Shown here piece after piece: positions 10,658-17,640 of a stretch of 38,115 nucleotides of DNA. How positions within the stretch are numbered: position 1 is the first letter of the stretch; the number at the start of each line of letters is the position of its first letter. The notes below the pieces were generated by a model. It made no database searches, was not told the origin of the DNA, and saw only the letters and a program-made list of their open reading frames with translations. The DNA is from an uncultured bacterium. Lineage in GTDB: Bacteria; Eisenbacteria; RBG-16-71-46. A program made the position numbers and the translations under genes. The stretch spans positions 1 through 38,115 of the forward strand of contig CAZKQE010000001.1 of assembly GCA_964554725.1 (NCBI GenBank), read 5' to 3'.

Positions 10658-11195
10658 GAGCGTGATCGCCCTGGTCGCGGCCGCGATCCTCACCCTGTTC
10701 GCCGTCCCCAGCTTCCAGCAGGGGTTCAAGGACGCCGTGAACTCGCTCACCCACCTCGCCTACTATCCGATCCGCGACATGCGGAAGTCGGTGGCGCCGT
10801 CGCCGCAGAAGGGCGTCTACCGGACGCCGGACGAGGCGAGCGTCCCCACCACCGGGAAGGAGCCGGCGATCGACCGCGACCTCGCGGCGACCGTGCTGCG
10901 CAACCCGGTCCCGACCAGCGACGCCTCGGTCGCGCGCGGCGATTCGCTCTACCGTCGCCTGTGTCTGCCGTGCCACGGCGCCGCGCTGGCGGGGGACGGC
11001 CCGGTGGCCGCTCAGTTCATGCCGCCGCCCGACCTGCTCGGGCAGCAGACGCGCGAGCGCCGGGACGGGTTCCTCTATTCCTACATCCGGCACGGCGGCG
11101 TCGTCATGCCGAGCTACGGCTTCCAGCTCAGCGCCGAGGAGGCATGGCACATCGTGAACTTCATCCGTCACCATCAGAAGGCGACCCCGCGGTGA
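10650..11195 (+). CDS. actE: Alternative Complex III subunit ActE, monohaem cytochrome c
   Basis: 181 aa with an N-terminal anchor and a single CLPCH haem motif; the distal Met region is GGVVMPSYG. There is an 8-nt overlap with actD. Confidence 0.85.
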   Translation: MLRSVIALVAAAILTLFAVPSFQQGFKDAVNSLTHLAYYPIRDMRKSVAPSPQKGVYRTPDEASVPTTGKEPAIDRDLAATVLRNPVPTSDASVARGDSLYRRLCLPCHGAALAGDGPVAAQFMPPPDLLGQQTRERRDGFLYSYIRHGGVVMPSYGFQLSAEEAWHIVNFIRHHQKATPR

Positions 11196-12478
11196 GCCAC
11201 GCCCCGACCCCGGTGCCCGCGGCCGAGCGCGAGGCCGTGCTCAAGGACATCGCCGGCCGGCTGCCGGTCACGCCGAACCCCCGCCGCCGTCGCATCTGGG
11301 TGGCGCTCATGGCGGTCGGCATCGTCACCTTCGGCTGGCTGCTGATGACGCAGCCGGAGCGGGCGTGGGGCGCCTGGGCGATCAACTGCCTGTACTGGCT
11401 CGGGATCGCCCAGGGCGCGGTGGTGCTGGCGTGCGCGATCCGGCTCGCGAACGGACGCTGGGCGGGCCCGGTGATGCGCATGGCGGAGTCGCTCTCGGCC
11501 TTCCTGCCCTGGGGGGTCGCCGCGCTCGCCGTGCTGGCGGTCGCCGGCGCGCGGCAGTACCTGCCGTGGATCGAGCATCCGGATGCGCGCCAGGCGCCCT
11601 ATCTCAACTGGCCGTTCCTGGTGCTGCGCACCCTCGCCGGCCAGGCGCTGCTGCTGTGGATGACGCGCGACCTGGTGCGCCTCTCGCTGCGCAGCGACGC
11701 CCACCATCTCAAGGACCACGTGGCCCCCGAGCTCAAGCCCGACTACGAGCGGCTGAGCGCCGGCTGGCGGGGCGACGAGGCGGAGGAGGCGTGGCAGCGT
11801 CACCGTCTCTCGCAGCTCGCGCCCGGCATCGTCGTCGCCTACGCGGTGGTCTACACGCTGCTCGCGTGGGACTTCGTCATGTCGCTGACGCCCGAGTGGG
11901 TGAGCACGCTGTTCGGCTGGTGGTTCTTCATGGGCGCCTTCCTGAGCGGGATCGCGATGACGGCGCTGCTGGTGTCGCGGCTCCGCTCGCGCTACCAGCT
12001 CCACCGCTACATCACGCCCGCCCACCTGTGGGACACCGGCAAGATCGCCTTCGGCTTCTGCATCTTCTGGGTCTACCAGTTCTGGTCCCAGTACCTGCCG
12101 ATCTGGTACGCGAACATGCCGGAGGAGACCGGCTGGGTGTTCCTGCGCTTCGAGGCGCCGTGGCGGACGCTCGGCTTCACGATCTTCACGTTCGTGTTCC
12201 TGGTGCCGTTCCTGGGACTGATGAACATCCACACCAAGCGCAGCCCGTTCTGGCTCGGCACCTTCTCGATCATCATCCTGATCGGCATGTGGATGGAGCG
12301 GCACATCCTCGTCATGCCGTCCCTGAACCCCGACCACGTCTGGATGGGCCTCCCCGAGCTGGGCGTCTCGCTCGGGTTCCTCGGGCTGTTCGGCTGGCGG
12401 GTGCACAACTTCGTCTCGCGCTACCCGATCGTGAAGGTGCCGGACGTCTTAGCCGGCCACGGAGGGCACGGGCACTAG
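11192..12478 (+). CDS. actF: Alternative Complex III subunit ActF (second NrfD-like membrane subunit)
   Basis: The GTG at 11192 overlaps the actE stop (GTGA). A polytopic membrane protein paralogous in character to ActC. Contains the only in-frame TTA codon I found in the window (12449-12451). Confidence 0.85.
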   Translation: MSHAPTPVPAAEREAVLKDIAGRLPVTPNPRRRRIWVALMAVGIVTFGWLLMTQPERAWGAWAINCLYWLGIAQGAVVLACAIRLANGRWAGPVMRMAESLSAFLPWGVAALAVLAVAGARQYLPWIEHPDARQAPYLNWPFLVLRTLAGQALLLWMTRDLVRLSLRSDAHHLKDHVAPELKPDYERLSAGWRGDEAEEAWQRHRLSQLAPGIVVAYAVVYTLLAWDFVMSLTPEWVSTLFGWWFFMGAFLSGIAMTALLVSRLRSRYQLHRYITPAHLWDTGKIAFGFCIFWVYQFWSQYLPIWYANMPEETGWVFLRFEAPWRTLGFTIFTFVFLVPFLGLMNIHTKRSPFWLGTFSIIILIGMWMERHILVMPSLNPDHVWMGLPELGVSLGFLGLFGWRVHNFVSRYPIVKVPDVLAGHGGHGH

Positions 12479-12513
12479 CGCGCGGTACGACTCCTCCGCG
12501 TGCCCGGCGCCCG

Positions 12514-12532
12514 GCTCCTCAGGACGAGGAGC
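12514..12532 (+). terminator. Hairpin downstream of actF (weak terminator candidate)
   Basis: GCTCCTC-AGGAC-GAGGAGC is a perfect 7-bp stem, 36 nt after the actF stop. The following sequence is only moderately U-rich. Confidence 0.3.
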
Positions 12533-12578
12533 TGGGCGATCGTGTTCCGGGGCGCGCCCCGGCCGGGGACCGCGCGGT

Positions 12579-12663
12579 GCCGGGATGGTGGAACTGGTCA
12601 GACACAGGGCGCTTAAAACGCCCCGGGGGTGACCCCGTGCAGGTTCGAGTCCTGCTCCCGGCA
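12579..12663 (+). tRNA. tRNA-Leu (anticodon UAA), class II with long variable arm
   Basis: Hand-folded cloverleaf. The acceptor GCCGGGA pairs with TCCCGGC and the discriminator is A. The D stem is GTG/CAC with GG in the loop. The anticodon stem is GGCG G/CGCCC with loop CTTAAAA, placing the anticodon TAA at 12614-12616. The variable arm is GGGG-GTGA-CCCC. The T arm is GCAGG-TTCGAGT-CCTGC. CCA is not fully encoded (the sequence continues CCG). Confidence 0.92.
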
Positions 12664-12718
12664 CCGCGGACCCCGGACCGGCGCGGCCGATACGGCCGGG
12701 CGCCCGGCCCGCTGCGGT

Positions 12719-14233
12719 ATGATGCGCGACATGCCCGTCTCCCCGCTCCCCGCCCCGCCGCCCGCCGCGGCACGCGCACTGCGGTCCCCCGGCGCCGTCC
12801 TGCTCGTCTCCTGCTACGAGCTCGGGCATCAGCCGCACGGGATCGCCCTGCCCGCCGCGTTCCTGCGCCGGGCCGGCTTCGCGCCGGCGACCCTCGATCT
12901 GGCGGTCGAGCCGCTCGACCCGGTCCGGGTCCGCGGGGCGCGGCTGGTCTGCGTCTCGGTGCCCATGCACACCGCGCTGCGGCTCGGCGTGCGTGCGGTG
13001 GCCGGGATCCGCGCCCTCAACCCCGCGGCTCACGTCTGTTTCCACGGGCTCTACGCCGCGCTCAACGCCTCGTGGCTGCTCGAGCACGGGGCGGACTCGG
13101 CGGTGGGGGGCGAGAGCGAGGCGGCGCTGGTCGCGCTCGCCGAGGCGCTGGACGACGGCCGGCCGCCGCGGGTGCCGGGCCTGGCGGTGCGCGGCCGCGC
13201 GGCCGCCCCGCGGCTCGAGCGGCTCGACTTCCCGCCGCCGGTCCGCGACGGGATGCCGCCGCTCGAGCGCTACGCGCGGCTCGAGCACCGGGGGGAGCGC
13301 GTCCGGGTCGGCTACGTCGAGACGACCCGCGGCTGCCGGCACCTGTGCCGGCACTGCCCGATCCCGCCGGTCTACGGCGGCCGCCTGTTCGTGGTGCCGG
13401 TGGCGACGGTGATGGCGGACGTGGAAGGGCTGGTGGCGGCGGGCGCCCGGCACGTCACCTTCGGTGACCCGGACTTCCTCAACGCCCCGACCCACGCGCT
13501 GCGGGTGGCGCGCGCGCTCCACGCGCGGCATCCGGCGCTGACGTTCGACTTCACGGCGAAGATCGAGCATCTGCTTCGGCATCGCGCGCGGCTCCCCGAG
13601 CTGGTCGCGGCCGGCGCGCTGTTCGTGGTCTCGGCGGTCGAGTCGCTCAGCGACCGCGTGCTCGACCACCTCGGCAAGGGGCACACGCGGGCGGACGTGT
13701 TCGAGGCGCTGCGGCTCACCCGTGCCGCGGGGCTCGCGCTGCGGCCGTCGCTGGTCGCCTTCACGCCCTGGACCACGCTCGACGACTACCTCGACGTGCT
13801 CGAGGTCGTGGAGCGCGAGGACCTGGTGGACCATCTGGACCCGGTGCAGTACTCGATCCGGCTGCTGGTGCCGCCCGGGTCGCTGCTGCTCGACCACGCC
13901 GCGCTCCGGCCCTTCCTCGGGCCCTTCGACCCGGCCTCGTTCGGCCACCCGTGGACCCACCCCGACCCGCGGATGGACGCGCTCCACCGCGCGGTCGCCG
14001 ACCGTGTCGCCGCCGCGGGCGCGGCCGGGGAGGACGCGCGCGCCACATTCCTCGCGGTGCACGCGCTGGCGCGCGCCGCGGCGGGCAGGCCGGCGCGGTC
14101 GTCGGACGGGGCGGAGGACGCGGCGGCGCGGCGCCGGCGCGTGCCGCGGCTCACCGAGCCGTGGTTCTGCTGAGCGGAGCCCGCCGAGGGCCGGTTCGGC
14201 CCTCTCGCGACCCCCGGGACCCCCGCCGCATGA
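12719..14233 (+). CDS. Radical SAM protein with B12-binding-like N-domain; probable selenoprotein with C-U-A-E-P tail (UGA 14171-14173 read as Sec; conventional call would end at 14173)
   Basis: ATG 12719 is the first start after the tRNA; ORF-track start 12629 lies inside the tRNA. The CxxxCxxC motif is TTRGCRHLCRHCP. The N-terminal Rossmann-like region is LLVSCYELGHQP...LVCVSVPMH. At the apparent stop the codons read TGC TGA GCG GAG CCC (C-U-A-E-P), and the frame stays open to TGA 14231-14233. Confidence 0.75.
14186..14204 (+). promoter_or_regulatory. SECIS-like stem-loop
   Basis: A perfect hairpin GAGGGCC-GGTTC-GGCCCTC begins 12 nt after the in-frame UGA, with G and U in the apical loop. 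The geometry is compatible with bacterial SECIS elements. Confidence 0.5.
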
Positions 14234-14301
14234 CGGCGTCCCGGCGGCGGGCGCGCCGCGCGCCGGACATGGTAGGGTAGGCCGCGACCCGAGGAGGCCC
14301 C

Positions 14302-14901
14302 GTGAGCGAGCAGGAGATCCGCATCAAGGCCGTGCCGATCGACGCCCAGCGCTGCCGGTTCACCGTGGACCGGCCGGTGCTGGCGGACCGCGCCGTGTTC
14401 TTCCCCGCGGTCGGCAAGGCGGCGGGCTCCCCGCTCGCCGAGGCGCTGTTCGCGCTCCCCGGCGTCTCGGCGGTGCTGGTGTCGCACGACACCGTGACCG
14501 TGACCCGTTCGGGCTACGGGGAATGGCCGGAGCTGGCGCGCCAGGTGGGGGCCGCGATCCGCGCCCAGATGCAGACCGGCGCCGCGCCGGTCGCGGCCGA
14601 CGCGCTCGCGAGCATGCCGGGCGAGGAGGAGATCCGCGCCCGCGTCGAGCGCCTGCTCGAGACCGAGATCAACCCGGCGGTCGGCTCGCACGGCGGCTGG
14701 GTCGAGCTGCTCGGCGTCCAGGGCAACAACGTGTTCCTGCGGCTCGGCGGCGGCTGCCAGGGCTGCGGCATGGCGGACGTCACGCTGAAGCAGGGGATCG
14801 AGACGCTGCTGCGGCAGGAGATCCCCGAGCTGGGCGAGGTGCTGGACCAGACCGATCACGCCGCCGGCCGGAACCCCTACTACGCCCAGTCGAAGAAGTA
14901 G
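14302..14901 (+). CDS. NFU1/NfuA-type iron-sulfur cluster carrier (Nfu_N domain + NifU C-terminal CxxC domain)
   Basis: GTG start at 14302, preceded by GAGGAGG (14291-14297). The N-domain has SPLAEALFALPGVSAVLVSHDTVTVT. The C-domain has EINPAVGSHGGWVELL...LGGGCQGCGMA (CxxC). Confidence 0.85.
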   Translation: MSEQEIRIKAVPIDAQRCRFTVDRPVLADRAVFFPAVGKAAGSPLAEALFALPGVSAVLVSHDTVTVTRSGYGEWPELARQVGAAIRAQMQTGAAPVAADALASMPGEEEIRARVERLLETEINPAVGSHGGWVELLGVQGNNVFLRLGGGCQGCGMADVTLKQGIETLLRQEIPELGEVLDQTDHAAGRNPYYAQSKK

Positions 14902-14905
14902 CCGC

Positions 14906-16222
14906 ATGACCGTCGCCCGCCCCCATCCCGCCCCGCCGGAGGACCGCCGCAACGCCCCGCGGGTGCTGCTGCTGCTGCCGACCGCCTCGTGGCGGGCCGA
15001 GGCGCTGCTCGCCGCCGCCGCGCGGCTCGGCCTTGCGGCGGTGGTGGGGACCGACCGGCCCCTGGTGTGGGCGGAGCGCACCCCGGAGCGGGTGATCTCG
15101 CTCGACTTCGACCGGCCGGAGGCGGCGGCCGCGGCGGTCGCCGCGTTCGCCGCCGGGCGTCCGATCGCCGCGGTGGTGGGGGCCGACGACGAGACGGTCG
15201 CGCTGGCGGCGGCGATCGCCGGCCGGCTCGGGCTCGCGCACGACCCGGTCGCCGCACTCGCCGCCACGCGCGACAAGCTCCGCCAGCGCGAGATCCTCGC
15301 CGACGCCGGCCTCCCGGTGCCGCGGTTCGCGCGCTGCCGCCTCGACGAGGCCCCGGCCGCGGTCGCCGCCCGGGTGGGGCTCCCGTGCGTGCTCAAGCCC
15401 CGGCGCCTGTCGGCGAGCCGCGGGGTGATGCGCGCGGACGACGTGGCCGGGCTCGGCGCGGCGATGCGCCGGCTCGCCGCGCTGCTCGCCTCGCCCGCGG
15501 TCGGGGCGTGCGGCGAGTGGGCGGAGACCGCGGTCGCGGAGGCGTTCGTCCCCGGGCGGGAGGTGGCGCTCGAGGGCATGCTGCACGAGGGCCGCCTGCG
15601 GGTGCTCGCCCTGTTCGACAAGCCCGACCCGCTCGACGGGCCGACGTTCGAGGAGACGCTCTACGTCACCCCCTCGCGGCTGCCGGCCGCGGCGCAGGCG
15701 GCGCTCGCCGACACCGTCCAGCGCGCGACCCGTGCGCTCGGGCTCGCCCGCGGGCCGGTCCACGCCGAGCTGCGGATCGCGGGCGAGGCGCCGTGGCTGA
15801 TCGAGGTGGCGGCCCGCCCGATCGGCGGCCTGTGCTCGCGGGTCCTGCGCTTCGACGGCGGACGCTCGCTCGAGGAGCTCACGCTGATGTCGGCGCTCGG
15901 CCGCGACCCCGGCGGCATCGCCCGCGAGGCGGGGGCGGCCGGCGTGATGATGGTCCCCATCCCCGGGGCCGGCGTGGTGGAACGGGTCGAGGGCGTCGCC
16001 GAGGCCGCGGCGGTGCCCGGGATCGACCAGGTCGTCGTCACCGCCCATCCCGGCGAGCGGCTGACACCGTTCCCCGAGGGGTCGCGCTATCCCGGCTTCC
16101 TGTTCGCCCGGGGCGCGACGCCGGACACGGTCGAGGCCGCGTTGCGGGAGGCGCACCGGCGCCTGCGCTTCGTGCTCGCGGCGGAGCCGTCGCCCGCGGA
16201 CGCCGCGGTGGCGTCCGGATGA
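14906..16222 (+). CDS. ATP-grasp domain protein (carboxylate-amine / L-amino-acid-ligase-like)
   Basis: 438 aa. The pre-ATP-grasp region is VLLLLPT...AVVGADDETV. ATP-grasp signatures are DKLRQREILADAGLPVP, PCVLKPRRLSASRGV, EAFVPGREVALEG and GPVHAELRI...PWLIEVAARPIGG. It starts 4 nt after the nfu stop. Confidence 0.8.
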   Translation: MTVARPHPAPPEDRRNAPRVLLLLPTASWRAEALLAAAARLGLAAVVGTDRPLVWAERTPERVISLDFDRPEAAAAAVAAFAAGRPIAAVVGADDETVALAAAIAGRLGLAHDPVAALAATRDKLRQREILADAGLPVPRFARCRLDEAPAAVAARVGLPCVLKPRRLSASRGVMRADDVAGLGAAMRRLAALLASPAVGACGEWAETAVAEAFVPGREVALEGMLHEGRLRVLALFDKPDPLDGPTFEETLYVTPSRLPAAAQAALADTVQRATRALGLARGPVHAELRIAGEAPWLIEVAARPIGGLCSRVLRFDGGRSLEELTLMSALGRDPGGIAREAGAAGVMMVPIPGAGVVERVEGVAEAAAVPGIDQVVVTAHPGERLTPFPEGSRYPGFLFARGATPDTVEAALREAHRRLRFVLAAEPSPADAAVASG

Positions 16223-16797
16223 GCCGGTCCCGCGCGCCCGGCGGCCGGCGCCTCGTCGTCGGGCTGGCGCTCGCGCTGCTGCCGTGCGCCGGCTGCGCCG
16301 CCCCGCCCCCCGAGCCGCCGCCGGCGGTCGAGCCGACGGCGGAGATCCGGCCGGCCACCGTGGCCCAGGTGCAGTCCGCCGTGCGGGCCGGCGGGGCCCG
16401 TGCCGTGCTGCTGAACGTGTGGGCGACCTGGTGCGTGCCGTGCCGGGAGGAGTTCCCGGACCTCATGCGCATCCGGCGCGAGTACCGGGAGCGCGGCCTG
16501 CGGCTGGTGCTGGTCTCGGCGGACATCGACAGCCAGGTCCCCGAGGCGCAGCGCTTCCTGCGGTCGCAGGGGGTCGATTTCTTGACCTATCTCAAACAGG
16601 GTGCTGACATGGCGTTCATCGACAGCATCGATGCTCGCTGGAGCGGTGCGCTGCCCGCCACCGTCCTCTACGACGAGGCGGGCCGCAAGGTCTGGTTCCA
16701 CGAAGGCAGGACCACGTACGACACGTTGAAGGTCCGGATCGACGCGCTGCTCTCCGCCGCGCGGCGACCGGCACGTCCGACCGAGGAGGCGAGATGA
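16219..16797 (+). CDS. TlpA/ResA-like thiol:disulfide oxidoreductase, probable lipoprotein
   Basis: ATG 16219 overlaps the ATP-grasp stop (ATGA). The signal peptide has a Cys-containing cleavage region LLPCAGC. The thioredoxin motif is WATWCVPC. Confidence 0.8.
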   Translation: MSRSRAPGGRRLVVGLALALLPCAGCAAPPPEPPPAVEPTAEIRPATVAQVQSAVRAGGARAVLLNVWATWCVPCREEFPDLMRIRREYRERGLRLVLVSADIDSQVPEAQRFLRSQGVDFLTYLKQGADMAFIDSIDARWSGALPATVLYDEAGRKVWFHEGRTTYDTLKVRIDALLSAARRPARPTEEAR

Positions 16798-17432
16798 ACC
16801 CGAGTGCGATCCGGTGGGTGGCGGCAGGGATGCTGATGTTGGCGGCGACCGCGGGGGCGCAGGAGGCTCCCAAGGCGCTGGCGATCGGGAAGAGCGCGCC
16901 GATGGCCACCGCGAAGATGACCGGCGTGGACGGCAAGGCGGTGTCGATCGCCGACGTCAAGGGCGAGAAGGGGACGCTGGTGGTGTTCACCTGCAACTCC
17001 TGCCCGTGGGTGAAGGCCTGGGAGTCGCGCATCACGGAGCTCGGCAACACGTACCTGAAGCAGGGCGTCGGCGTCATCGCCATCAACCCCAACGACCCGG
17101 CGGTGAAGGCCGACGACGACATGGCGGCGATGCAGGAGCGGGCGAAGATGCTGGGGCTCGAGTTCCCCTACGTGATGGACGCCACCTCGGACGTGGCGCG
17201 CGCCTTCGGCGCCACCCGCACCCCCGAGGCCTTCCTGTTCGACGCCAAGGGCAAGCTGGTGTACCACGGAGCGGTGGACGACAACGCCCACAAGCCGGCC
17301 GAGGTCACCGCGCGCTGGCTGAACGACGCGCTGGCGGCCACCGCGAGCGGCAAGCCGGTGGCGATCCGCGAGACCAAGTCGCTCGGCTGCACGATCAAGT
17401 TCCGCGGCAAGGCGGCGACCAGCGCCTCGTAG
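16794..17432 (+). CDS. Exported thioredoxin-fold (redoxin/AhpC-TSA-like) protein
   Basis: ATG 16794 overlaps the previous stop (ATGA). The signal peptide ends AATAGAQEA. The CxxC motif is VVFTCNSCPWV. The conserved tail is GATRTPEAFLFDAKGKLVYHGAVDDN. Confidence 0.8.
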   Translation: MNPSAIRWVAAGMLMLAATAGAQEAPKALAIGKSAPMATAKMTGVDGKAVSIADVKGEKGTLVVFTCNSCPWVKAWESRITELGNTYLKQGVGVIAINPNDPAVKADDDMAAMQERAKMLGLEFPYVMDATSDVARAFGATRTPEAFLFDAKGKLVYHGAVDDNAHKPAEVTARWLNDALAATASGKPVAIRETKSLGCTIKFRGKAATSAS

Positions 17433-17447
17433 CGGCCGGACGCGCGC

Positions 17448-17487
17448 GACGCCCGGGGGCCATCGGCTCCCGGGCGTCGTCGTCTTT
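17448..17487 (+). terminator. Intrinsic terminator candidate for the radical-SAM/thioredoxin operon
   Basis: GACGCCCGGGGGCC-ATC-GGCTCCCGGGCGTC (17448-17478) forms a 14-bp stem including one G-U pair and has a triloop. It is followed by GTCGTCTTT and lies 16 nt after the stop codon. A second hairpin CCCCCCGG-GTCG-CCGGGGGG follows at 17488-17507. Confidence 0.55.
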
Positions 17488-17505
17488 CCCCCCGGGTCGC
17501 CGGGG

Positions 17506-17638
17506 GGTGGCGCGAAGATTCGGGGATTCGGCGCGGAAACCGTTCGCCGGACCGGGGTTACCCCCGGGGGACTTCGCGGGCCCCAACCCTCCGTCCCGCA
17601 GTGGGTTGCGGCGCGTTTCCCCGAATCTTCGCGCCACC
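17506..17638. repeat. 133-bp element bounded by perfect 21-bp inverted repeats (MITE/REP-like element or structured RNA)
   Basis: GGTGGCGCGAAGATTCGGGGA (17506-17526) is the exact reverse complement of 17618-17638. The 91-nt interior contains further imperfect pairing and local hairpins, e.g. CCGGGG-TTAC-CCCCGG. The element ends 2 nt from the stop codon of the minus-strand protease gene. Confidence 0.6.
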
Positions 17639-17640
17639 TC

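Noticed and set aside
16560-16640. Locally lower-GC patch inside the tlpA-like gene containing a TTGACC hexamer, as a possible internal promoter
   Set aside because: No convincing -10 element lies at proper spacing. The patch encodes an ordinary segment of the thioredoxin fold (GVDFLTYLKQGADMAFIDS), and the downstream gene is ATGA-coupled.
17506-17638. Identity of the inverted-repeat element as SRP RNA, 6S RNA, a retron msr/msd or an integron attC site
   Set aside because: The conserved SRP domain IV motif (GGAA tetraloop with AGCAGC-type symmetric loop) is absent. The element is too short for 6S RNA and lacks its central bubble layout. There is no reverse transcriptase or integron integrase nearby. 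The ends do not match the GTTRRRY attC core.
12579-17640. tRNA-Leu as an integration site, with the radical-SAM operon as a genomic island
   Set aside because: There is no integrase, excisionase or mobility gene. By eye I could find no direct repeat of the tRNA 3' end downstream. The composition and codon style look the same as the flanking respiratory genes.
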